Of a stretch of DNA of 63,549 bases, positions 35,179 to 46,343 are shown piece by piece; the stretch's first letter is position 1; each line of letters starts with the position of its first letter. The stretch covers positions 1 through 63,549 of the forward strand of contig CDMY01000502.1 of the NCBI GenBank assembly GCA_001179505.1. The letters are read 5' to 3'. The DNA is from Vitrella brassicaformis CCMP3155. Its lineage: Eukaryota; Protista; Chromerida. The notes below the pieces were generated by a model. It did no database searches, had not been told where the DNA came from, and saw only the letters and a list, made by a program, of their open reading frames with translations. Made by a program: the position numbers and the translations under genes.

Positions 35179-35211
35179 CTCCCTCCTGCGAGCTAAGCTT
35201 GCAGGAGGGAG
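35179..35211. promoter_or_regulatory. 33-bp near-perfect palindrome in a 150-bp bidirectional promoter
   Basis: CTCCCTCCTGCGAGCT-A-AGCTTGCAGGAGGGAG has 16-bp arms with one mismatch. It contains TGCGAGCT and its inverted variant AGCTTGCA. Confidence 0.7.
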
Positions 35212-35302
35212 GTAAACACTGCACTGGGAGGCGTTCGGCCCTCCAAAGGGTATCCCGAATCATCCCGCATTCACATTGTTGTCAGTGCTTGAGCGTGTAG
35301 CG

Positions 35303-37019
35303 ATGGCAGGCCCCTGGTGCGGTCTCACATTCTGTCTTCTCATCCTTCTCGCGCAGAGTCCGTTCTGCGCTGCCTGGCTCGATGACGTACGTAAGCGCCC
35401 AAGCCAATTGAGAGAGCCCATCGGTTGGCGCGAATGAGAGTGCAATGTGTGTGTGTGTGTGACACTTTGTGTCAGGGTCACATGCTGGTCGGGGGAATCG
35501 CCAAATACGTCATGACTCATCAGATGGACGGCGGCAAGACAGCTGTTGAGGCACTGGAGGCTGTATTGAGAGGATGGGAGTATCAATACCCTGGTCTTTC
35601 GTCTCTCGTGACGGCTCCCATCTGGCCTGACCATATCAAGTGCACGAAAGACGTTGGGCACTGCCGCGGCGGATGGCGGCATGAAGGCCTCCGGGTGGGT
35701 GACAACAGTGGCACAACGGCCAGCCGCATACACGTAGACACCTGGTGCCTGCCTGCCACACGCAGGTATTCGACGCCTGGCATTCTATCAACGTCCCCCT
35801 CAATCCTCTCGATGTGGCCCTTCCTGAGAACGTACACGAGAGCATCAACGCGCAGTGGCTTCTGGAGCATGCCAACAAGACGCTGATGGAGCTAGGCCGG
35901 AAGCAGGACAAGGGAACGATTTTCAGCTGGAACTTCATGCTGCGGTGTGTGACGTCTGTTGCGGGGGGAATGATGCATACTTTCGCCCTTTCTCTCTGCT
36001 TGTTTGTGTGCTTGCAGGTTTCTGATGCACGTGTATCGGGACATTCACCAGCCCCTTCACGCCTGCACACTTTACAACAGCCAATTCGCAAACGGGGATA
36101 AAGGCGGCAACGATGTATGTAGGAAGGCAGCCACATTTCGTCCATGCCGCACGCTTGGCGTATTGACGCATTTGGCTCGTAGGTCAAGATAAAAGTCGCT
36201 ATCGGTGAGGGCATGGGGTATAGCCCACCGAGCTTGCACACATTGTGGGATGCCGCTGGCGGCCCTCTGCAACGACTATGGCCCCAACACACAGAAGAAG
36301 ACGTGCTCTGTGAGGTGCGCACGTATACATGCAGAGACAGATGGAACAACACAATGGCGGCCGTCTGGCCTTGCAGGCGCTCGAACATAAGGACCACATA
36401 CGGCAGGCCATGGCGTCTCCCGAAGCGAGAATACTCGACTTTAAGGACATCATTGCCGAGTCGCACCAGTTTTGCGAGCAACACGTCTACACAGGTGCAA
36501 AGGCACATGAGTCGACACAGACATCCTACCGATTCCTATGTTTCATTGTCTGCATTTGTGCGCGGAATAGAGTTTCTGAAAACCGACGGGGCACTGCCGT
36601 ATCAGCCGAGCGATGACTACATCCACCAGACGGCCGCCATATCATATGGCCGCATCATCATCGCGGGCGTCCGGCTCGCCCAGCTCCTCATGCCCATCGC
36701 CGACAACGCGATATCCATGCAGGCAAGGGAAACACCACAAAAAACGCCAGAACCCGTGGAGGAGCCACAAAACGCTGCTGATGCTGAGACCACCGCATTA
36801 TTGGGTGTCGACGAGGACGGAGCGGCCATGTGGAAGGCCATGTGTGGGCTGCTGGTGCTGGCCGTGCTTTGTCTGAGTGTGATGGTGGCGTGGCTGGGAT
36901 GGCGGCAGGCGTGGTGTGTGCGTGAGGCGAGGCTCAAGGCAGAAATGCTCAACATCATCCAGATGGCGGCAGCCAGGCCAGACAGGAATGTTGGTGCTTT
37001 ACAGGCGATAGACAGATAG
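35303..37019 (+). CDS. S1/P1 (class I) nuclease with signal peptide and C-terminal TM anchor
   Basis: The signal peptide is followed by WLDD|GHMLV, WPDHIK, DAWH, FLMHVYRDIHQPLH, GDKGGN, LHTLWD, ESH and AGVRLAQLL. The zinc-ligand positions appear present, and there is a hydrophobic helix near the C-terminus. Confidence 0.93.
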
Positions 37020-37271
37020 ACAAATGGATGCAAGTGCTTTAAGACCTTCTCACTTGTGGCCACCCTGACAATACACGCATCAGTGGTTCTCCACGCTTTG
37101 TCCTCCAAATCACTTGCCGATTGCGGCAGTTCAAGATCCATGCCGAGCGGTGTCTGGCCAAAGCGTCATAAGCAGAATGCGATGAGTTCCACCCATCTCT
37201 TTTTGCGATCGCTCGCTCGCTTAGCTCGCAGTGGAGGTCTCGTTAAACACAATAACCAACCAACCAGTCTA

Positions 37272-38078
37272 ATGGCTAAGAACGGGGGCCGCATGCTGAA
37301 GTACCACAAACTAGGGTACTCAAAGCACAGAAAAGCCCAGATCTATCACCGTGTCATGGTTGCGGCTGCTGTTCCAATGTCATGTGGGAGCAAATGGAGC
37401 GACATTCAGGTGTCAGAGCTGTGTCTGGGCACCATGACCTGGGGCGAGCAAAACACAGAGGCCGAAGCGCACGCCCAGCTCGACTACTTCGAGAGCGTTG
37501 GCGGTACGTTCATCGATACGGTAAGGTGATTGATGATCTGCTGCCTATGTGCAATGACACAGAATGTGCAATGACACAGAGATCCAGATCTGGCAAGCAC
37601 TGGCTGGGTGCCTTTGTGCTGTGTTGGTGCAGGCTGAGATGTATCCGGTGCCGCCCCGGACGGAGATCCTTGGCCGCACGGAAACCTACCTCGGGCGATG
37701 GCTCAAGGGCAAGGACAGGAGCAAGTTCATCATCGCCAGCAAAGTGCCCGGATACGCCGATAGGGAGTGGATCAAGCCGTGAGCTGTTGGGCGGATGGGG
37801 GGATGGCGGGAAGGATGTGCACTCTCATTCCTGCTGTGATGGTGATGTTTGTTGGTGTGTCGTGTCAGGAAGCGTGTTCCGCCGATGGAGATGGATGGGA
37901 CGCCTGTGCGGCCCAGCCCCGACCAGATGCAGCGGTCGATAGCCACCATCCTCCATCGCCTGCAGACTGACTATGTCGACATACTCTACATTCACTGGCC
38001 AGACAGGTATCGGAACCATTCCATACAGAGGAGGAGGCCAACAAGCGTGTCAAAAGAATATGCATGTGTCTGTGCGCA

Positions 38079-38118
<40 letters not shown>

Positions 38119-39336
38119 TATATGTGTGTGTGTGGTGTGTGTGTGTTTGCCAGGTACAAGCCGATCTTTGGCCCGACGGTCTATGACGTGACGAAGGAGC
38201 GGGAGACCCTTCCATTCCTGGACCAGCTCAAGGCCATCAACACCATCATTGACGAGGGAAAGGCAAAGGCCTGGGCGGTGTAAGTGGGTGCGACACACCA
38301 GCCCATCTCACGACTCTTGTGTGTGGCACTCGTCGCTGCCCGTGTGTGTGTGCACCATCTGTGTGTGTGCAGTTCGAACGAGTCCACGTTTGGTCTGACC
38401 AAGTTCTGTGAGCTGGCTGAGCGGCATGGTCTGAGGAAGCCTGTGTGCATTCAGAACGACTACTCGCTCATCAACCGAACGTGCGCACGACACACGCATC
38501 GCGGTACGGTGGTCATTGGTGTGTGTGTTGGGCTTGTGTCAGGTTTGAGTATGAGCTGGCTGAGGCGTGCAGCCCCCGCTACCACAACATAGCCGGAGTG
38601 CACTATGGCCTGCTGGCGGGCGGCAGTCTGACCGGCAAATACAACACTGCAAACAAACCAACCAAGTGAGGGAGTCAGAGAGGGATGGATACACGGCAAG
38701 GGGGATGAGTGAGCAGAGGTGCGTCTTCTGTATGCGTGTGGTATGTGTGTGGTATGTGTGTGGTTCAGGAGCCGACACACGCTGTTTCCAAAGTTCCAGG
38801 CTCGCTACCACTGCGATGCAGCACTCAAGGTGAGGGCGTGCGGGATGCATTGCAGACAGACAGACACACCCGGCATGCACAGACATGCATTCTCCGTCTC
38901 TCTCCTGTGTGTCGGTCGCTGTGCGTGGGGTCTGACCGGGTCAGGCTGTGGACAAGTACATGGCCTTGGCCAGCAAGCACGGGCTGACGATGACGCAGCT
39001 GGCGATGGGCTTCGCCAAGTCTCGCTTCTTCAACACCAGCCCCATCCTCGGAGCCACATCCGTCGAGCAGCTCAAGGTGAGGGCGAGGGAGAGGGAGGGA
39101 AGACAGCATTGCATTCGTTGGCACACGCGTGTGTGTGTGTGCGTGTGTGTCTCAGGAGTGCATCGATAGCTACACCGACCTGCCTGCTGAGGTGCTCAAA
39201 GAGATCGATGAGGTGCGTGAGGCCACCCACAATCAACACAACAAGGGCATGGCCGCAACACATCATTCCTGTGCTGCCTGCCTGCCTGCCTGTGCAGATT
39301 CACCTCGAGTGCCGCGACCCGATGATGACCGTATGA
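37272..39336 (+). CDS. tas: Aldo-keto reductase, Tas-like subfamily
   Basis: Motifs across ~10 exons: VSELCLGTMTWGEQNTEAEAHAQLDY, FIDT|AEMYPVPP, TETYLGRWL, RLQTDYVDILYIHWPDR, SNESTFG, IQNDYSLINR, YGLLAGGSLTGKY and ILGATSVEQLKE. Confidence 0.93.
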
Positions 39337-39964
39337 AATATGAGCTGAGGAAAGCCGTGCATGTACCATGGATGTGTCACTTACCGGTACTTGTTGTGAG
39401 ATAGAATGGGGAGAGTTTTGCGAATGGATCTAGCGCTCACGTTCCCGTTTTGACATTGATGTATTCATTGTGTACGCCAAGCACGTCCCGCTTCTGCGTA
39501 CATGGTGGACGGGACGGGTGTGGCGTGCTGTAGTGTTGCCATGCATGACAGCCATCGATGTGACCCATTCATGAATCTATCGCCCGTCTTGCCAGCGCAT
39601 GACGGTGATGTGTTCATGCATTTGGCTGTTTCGTGATGCGCCAATTGCGTTGTATGAGTCCCCGCTTTCATGTCATGATGTGGTGTGATGTGATGTGGTG
39701 TTGCGTGAGCGTGTGCAGGAGAACTTCACCACTCGTGAGCTCATCCGTACAATCATTGGTCGCGGTCTCTTTCGATGCATGCCATCCACGCACCTGCTAC
39801 CATAGGATGCAGCCATTCCATGAATCAATGGATCAATCAGTCAGTCAGTCAGGCTACCCCTTCTCCCCTCTCTCTCTCTCCTCCCAGCCCACCCACAGGT
39901 GCTCAGGCCTGAGCCTGCTAGCTACCCCCTGCCTTGTAGTCAGTCTGTGTGGTGTATGTGTGGT

Positions 39965-41760
39965 TTACTTGTTCTTTCCCTTATCTAGCGTCTTAATGAT
40001 GGAAGGATGGTCATTCTTGGAGCCGACCACCACCCTCCCATGGTCATCCGACGACCAGGGGGGCGGGGCGTACGACCTTCTGGGCACGGGAGCCTGTGAG
40101 TAGACAGACAGACACAGGCAGGAAGGACAGGCAGGTACATACGTCTCGTCGTTCGGCTGGTGGCTAGTCTGGCTGGCTGGGTGAGATACCGGCTGAGACA
40201 CTGGCGGGGACGCCCCTGCAGATGGACGGACACACATGACATGCACATCAATCAGTTCATGTCATGTGTCCGTCATTCCACTCTCTTACCGCCTGGGTTG
40301 CGATTCTTCTGATCGATCAAGCAAGGAGGACAAAGATAGTGTGTGTACAGCTGTGCATGCCCCTATCACACATTTGCCTTCTCACCTCCCGCAGGGCTTT
40401 GATGTCGATCGGCGCGGCTCCCATGATCATCTGCCAAGAACAGAGATCGATCAGCAATACACACATCTGTTGTTTCGCGGACCTTCTGTCCTCCCTTGTC
40501 CTTCTTTTTCTTGTCCTTGCGCCCCTTGCGGGGCACCGGGGGCGCAGGCTGCGATGCCGATGCAGTCGCTGCACCACAAACACAGCAATGCTCATGGAAA
40601 GACGTCGGTCTTTGCGCCTGTCCGCCTGCACGTACGGGTCTTGGTCGTATCGTCAGTCTCCGTCAGATCCTGACAGCAACACATTGCAACGCATGACGAC
40701 CACGCACTCCCTTTGGATCTATCCCGTCGCTTGCCTTGTCGTCCTTGGCCTTGGCCGAGCTGCCCAGATCCAACAACGGCACGTCAACCTGTGCAGTTCG
40801 TGCAGCAGCAATCGGCACGTTTGTGCATTTTGTGCGTACCAGCGCCCCCTGCGACATCAAACACGCCTCCAGAGCGACACTCAACACATCCTCCTTGCAC
40901 CCAACACCACCGTCGTCCACCCCGAGATGCCCCACCACCACCTTCAGCAACGCCAGCAGATACTTGCAGACCCCGCCCACACGCAGCACCGACCTACACA
41001 CACACAGACATAGGCACACATACAAACCGATGCACACGACACCAAGCACGTCTACGTGCGCTCATTTCTTACGCCGACGCGAGCCCTTCTTGCAGCTTCT
41101 TGCATGTGCTCTCGTCGATGGTGTGGATGTCTAGGTCGCCGATGGTCTTGTGGAATTCGGAGAGTGTCATGATGGCCATGGGTGGCTCGGCGGGCGTCGG
41201 GAGGTCGGCGAGTGTGGGCAGGGCGTCGGTGAGAACGTTCATGAGTGTGATGGCTTCACTGGGGGGCTCAGGCTCTGTGCCGAGCTGCACGAGGGCTTCT
41301 ACAGTCAACTGAGAGGAAGAAAAGAGGGAATGCAACACAACAACGCGGTGTCTCGTGGTCATCCATCCATCCATCCATCCATTCATCCATCCATTCATCC
41401 ATCCCCCGCACCCACCTTAGTCTTGCAGTATTCGATGACCGTGTTGGCGCCGACTTTAGATGCTATGATGCCCGGCAGAATGACGGCCAGGTGCTCCAGA
41501 ACGGCCGCCCGGATGTCGCCAGGGCCCTCAGCGCCGCACAACTTACTCATCACCCCGGCCTTGTCGCCACCACCTGCGCACACAGACACGGACATACGCA
41601 CAGATGCGCTCCACACAGACTCGTGTGTGTGCACGTGTGTGAATCTGGTCCATCCATCCATCCATGCATGCACCAGTCGCCCCTTCGCAACCGAGCCGAA
41701 CCACCTGAATACTGCCGAGTGCCAATTCGCCACTGCCGAGCATCACGTGCACGACATCTC
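39965..41760 (-). CDS. Hypothetical protein (spliced); 5' end embedded in the 144-bp tandem repeat
   Basis: Phase-consistent GT-AG joins: MLGSGELALG...GAT|GGGDKAG...YCKTK|LTVEALVQ...GLAS|SVLRVGGVC... A probable last exon is APVPRR...KGKNK*. No family was recognised, and the middle exons are uncertain. Confidence 0.55.
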
Positions 41761-42146
41761 CCACCAGCCCACGAGCTCAGCGCTATTCCGTGCCAACTAT
41801 CCCGCCCTTTGTGCGTCGTCGTTTGAACCTCTGGTTGACGGCCACTTCCCCAGGGGCCTCATTTCCGCACCCACCATTGCCGAGCATCACGTGCACGACA
41901 TCTCCCACCAGCCCACGAGCTCAGCGCTATTCCGTGCCAGCTATCCCGCCCTTTGTGCGTCGTCGTTTGAACCTCTGGTTGACGGCCACTTCCCCAGGGG
42001 CCTCATTTCCGCACCCACCATTGCCGAGCATCACGTGCACGACATCTCCCACCAGCCCACGAGCTCAGCGCTATTCCGTGCCAACTTTCCCGCCCTTTGT
42101 GCGTCGTCGTTTGACCCTCTGGCTGACGGCCACTTCCCCAGGGGCA
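41735..42146. repeat. 144-bp tandem repeat, ~2.9 copies
   Basis: Units start at 41735, 41879 and 42023 (GCCGAGCATCACGTGCACGAC...) and differ by only a few substitutions. Confidence 0.95.
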
Positions 42147-42345
42147 TCACTTATGTGCACTCTATATGTCAAGGGTTGATGATCTATGACGGACTCGGTG
42201 GGTGGTCGGACAGAGGGTTACATTTGGTATGCTTGCAGTGATTGAATGGAAGGGACAGCTAGCTAGTTTTTAGTTTGCATTCTTGATGGACTCCTCGTGC
42301 TGACGCGCTTTCCGTTAATCCCGTGCTTTATCAATGCATGTTGTC

Positions 42346-45300
42346 ACCGGTGTGCGTCGAGCCCAATGAATCTTTTTGGGTATGCACGGACGAATGCATC
42401 AAAGAACAACCCAACACGAAAGCCCCATTGCAGAGACGGAGCAGACAGATCGCCTGCAATCTCAGCTCGCAGACGTCTGGCTGCCAGGGGAGAAACTTAT
42501 CCGAGTCTTCGCGTAAAGGGTGGGTGGCCGCGTGAAGGTGACGAGCACAGATCGACCAGCAAATAGCAGCCGGGTGAGGCCATCTCCACAGCACAGCACT
42601 CTCTCAGGTCAGTCACACGAGCACACACCCAAGGAATGGCCAGACTGACTGACCGGTGCTGTTGTGTTGTGTGTGTAGGTTTGCTGCCTCTTCGGCGTCT
42701 TCGAAGGCGCTTTCAGCGAAGCATTTTTTGAGAATGGATGTCAGCAGCAGCAGTGGAGCTGCGACGACGCTTGCTGTGGCCAAAGAAGTGCTTGAGGTGA
42801 GTGAGAGTAAGAAGTGGCTCCCAGACATCTGATGATGACGGATCAGCTGTCTGACCTGCTGTGTGTGTGTGTGTGTGGCGGGGGTGTTTCCAGGGATGGA
42901 TGGCCCACACGAGTCAGTGCTGCGGCCCGGAGTGCGATGGGAGCAACTTTTTGTGGCGTCCGGGCATGGACATCTTCCAATCCAAGAGCTTCTACGACCC
43001 AAGGCTCAAAGACGCGGGCTCCTTCATCATCTCCTTCGTGAAATTCCATTGGTCGCACGGCAAGCGGCTCAACGAGAGCGGCAACATCGTCGTGTTTGTT
43101 GGTCACTCCTTGAAGGCCCAGCTCGAAGCGGCCAAGTCACGGCACCCGCACGTGGACTCTGATGAGGTGCTGGCGGCGGTCAAGCAGCTGCTCAAGCAAC
43201 AGCCGGGCCATACCCTCAGCCGCTTCATGGCCGTTACAGAAATGGTCGAGCAGACGACTGCACCAACGGACGGCGGCGTGGTGGTGAGGAGGGAGTGTGG
43301 GGATGAATGAGCTTTGTCACTTGTTGGTTCGTATATCTCCTGCCTGTGTTGTTTGTTATGGCTTTTAGTCAGTCGGGGCGGTACTTTTTCCAAACGAATT
43401 CTTTTCCCGGCTCGGCCTGGACTCCTCAGGAATGCCCAATCCGCTGCACGTCCGGCTCATGTCTGAGTTCAACGGCTTCAAGAGCTCCGTCCTCTTCACA
43501 GGCGCCATGGCCACACGGGCGTACGAGCTGGTCATCCGTCAGGCCAGCTGCTTCGAGGGAGCGACCATGCTGGCGGCCTTATGGGCGGCCATGCAGGGCG
43601 AGAACAAGCAGAAGCGATCAGTGCACTGGGAGCTGGACCACGACTGGAACGACGAGTTTCGCATCAAGGAAATCACCACGGTAGGTACTCGACTCGACTG
43701 CTGCACTGCAGACATGCACCATGCTGTGTGTGTGGGCCAATCAAGGTGATTTCAATTATCATCCACCATACGTTCAACATGCTCAAAGAGTGAGTGTGTG
43801 AGTGGGGGAGCGACGCGGCACGACTTGCACACCTGTGTGTGGTGCCTGCCTGTTGTGTGTGCAGGGATCCGCCCGAGGGAGCGTTGGCCAAGCACTACAA
43901 GAACGTCATCCTGGTGTGTGTCCAGGCAGGGAGGGAGGGAGGGAGGGAGGCAGCACACAGCAACCTTGGTGGCCAAGCCCAATGTATGCCTGTTTGGCTG
44001 CCTGCAGGTGTACATGAGGCTCATAGACGTCATCAACTGGCCCTCCATGTGGAAGAAATTGCAGCGAAACAAGATCATATTCGACGGCAGTCCCTTTGCC
44101 TCACTCACTCCTGAGATCAACGCGGTGAGAAAGACGTCGCACATCACCACGCACTGAAAGCTCGTGTCCGTCTGTATGAACGCAGAACAAGGCTAATGGT
44201 GAGGCCTTCTGCGTCAAGCACCCTGGCTCCCATGAGAGCACTTTCCTGCTGCGATCCTGCGAGGCCGTCAGCCGCCACAAGGACCTTTTCGCCCCTCTGC
44301 AGCGCAGCACAGCACCGGCCATCGAAGAAGCAGGACTCACGAAGACAGTCATCTACCACATCAACGACAAACCACCACGGAGCAGCACCACCACCAGCAG
44401 CAGCGGCAGCAGCGGCAGGGCGACGGGCATATTGCGGTCGAAGGACCTCGCCTTCTCCACGGACCTGTTTGAGACGCACCGGAGATGTTATGACCTGCTC
44501 ATGAAGCGAGACGGCGCCACGACGGGCGAGCTGGTCAAAGAGGAGCGACGGCTGGAGGGCAAGAGGCTGGCGCAGCTGGAGGCGGACGCACAGCGACACA
44601 TGGATGAGCTGCTGGAGTGGGAGAACACAGGCAAGAAGCCCGGCAAACAGGACACTGCTGGCAAGAGCGAGGCCAAGCCAGCGACCGCCGGCAAGAAGCA
44701 CAACAAGAAGGGCAGGGAGGGGAACGTCGGGCCGTCAGTGCCCCCGTCATCGGATCGACTGACGAGTAGGCAGATCAGATGGCGACGGAGGCGACACAAG
44801 ACGAGCTTTGATGCAGGCAGCACTGTGCGTTTGATTTTCTTACGTGATGATGCAGGTCTTCTGACGGGAGTGCTGGGGCATGTGCTGCTGCTGCCGCTGC
44901 TGCTGCTGGCCAGCCTGGGGAGTCTTCTACGGCGCCACATGACATACTCCCAGCCCCCGCGGAGATCGATGAACCGTAAGCCCCACACAGGAGACAGATG
45001 CATCGCGTCGGAACATATCGCTTTCTGTCTGTCTGTCTGTCTGTCTGTCGTGTGTGCGTGTTGGTGTTCCAGCATCGCAGAGGCGCCCCCTGCCTGACCT
45101 GCCAGTGCCGCAGCGACTCCCGCGTCGACCAGGTGGGCATTCGATCCGCCGCTCGCCATGTACATATCTCTGTCTGTCTGAATATCTATCTCTCTGTCTG
45201 TCTGTACGCACAGCTGTGACGTGCCGTCGAGCGACTCTGCGTCAGCGGCAGAGGATATCCTCCCCAGCGTCTCAGATGCGCTTCGCATCGAGACGGAGAA

Positions 45301-46075
45301 GAGACAGCGGCTGGAGGCCCGGCTGGAGACGACACAAGCCAAGTGAGACACACTGACCGATGACCCCCTCCATGTTTTCTGTCACCTGTGTGTGCTTGGC
45401 TCTCTCCATGCTTACAAAGGCTCGGGAAACTGGAGGACCAGCACGCTCGGCACATGCAGAGGTCGACCGAGCACATGTCACTCAAGGACCAAATCATCAA
45501 GGACCAACAGTGAGTGGGGCAGACTTCTACAAAAGAGGCGGGGGTCCTTGATGGTATGGTGTGGGTGTGGTGTGGTCAGTGATCGGCTGGGTGCGCTGAC
45601 GGCCCAGCTGTCGGCCCTGCGGGAGGAAAAGGCGGCGAGAGAGAGGGAGGTGTCGCGAGCACTCGCCGACAAGGAGGCCGAGATCACACGGTGACCATCG
45701 CCACGCACAGATGGCGTGTGCCGCTCGACACGCACGTCTTTTCTCCGGTCATTGACAGGCTGCGGGGAGTTTCAATCGCGACACATCCCAGCCAGGGCAG
45801 CGATCAGACAGCCAAGTAGGCACAGAAGAACATCACACGACTGCAGCCCCTTCAAATGAGTGCATTGTCTCTCCCTTTCTCGTGTCAGGTTGTCCAGCAG
45901 GCTGGCGGGCCTTTCGAGTGTTCCTGATCTGTTGTCCTTTTCGCGTGACGTATTGGCGAGGCAGATGGCCCTGTGTCGTGAGCAGCAGGAGCTGTTGAAG
46001 CTCGTGGATAGTGCACAAGGCTCGATAGACCGCCTGACACGCACACAGGGCCAGGCCGACCGCAATGCTGCTTGA
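42346..46075 (+). CDS. Hypothetical multi-exon protein with a C-terminal coiled coil (start uncertain)
   Basis: Long open exons (GWMAHTSQ...GGVV; MPNPLHVRL...KEITT; VYMRLIDVINW...; DLFETHRRCYDLL...) are followed by heptad-rich exons (ALRIETEKRQRLEARL; ALTAQLSALREEK; ...QGQADRNAA*). Confidence 0.6.
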
Positions 46076-46343
46076 GAAGGATGGAATGGCCGGATATCAC
46101 AGGCACGTGGTATTCGATGTGTTTTTTCTCTGTGTTCTTCGCTCTATGCTGCTAGATGGTGCATGTGTGTGTGTGTATTTGTATTTGTTTATGACTGGCT
46201 CGGGCGAATGGCTTTCAGATTTGAAAATATATATATATATTGCTGGTCTCATCCAGACTGTCACGATGCCGCCGACAAGCGACACATACAAAAGACCTGG
46301 TGCACAGAGTTCTCTCGTCTCCAATAGATAGCACTCATCCCAG

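Noticed and set aside
41735-42146. CRISPR-like array
   Set aside because: The units are contiguous 144-bp repeats with no unique spacers, in a eukaryotic context with no cas genes.
41150-42241. 363-aa plus-strand ORF with 48-aa repeats
   Set aside because: It is antisense to a spliced gene, runs through (ATCC)n intron microsatellite, and repeat differences are non-synonymous. It is probably a shadow ORF.
44488-45351. 287-aa minus-strand ORF and many other long opposite-strand ORFs
   Set aside because: These are shadow frames of GC-rich coding exons. They are Ser/Arg/Cys-rich, cross introns and have no recognisable motifs.
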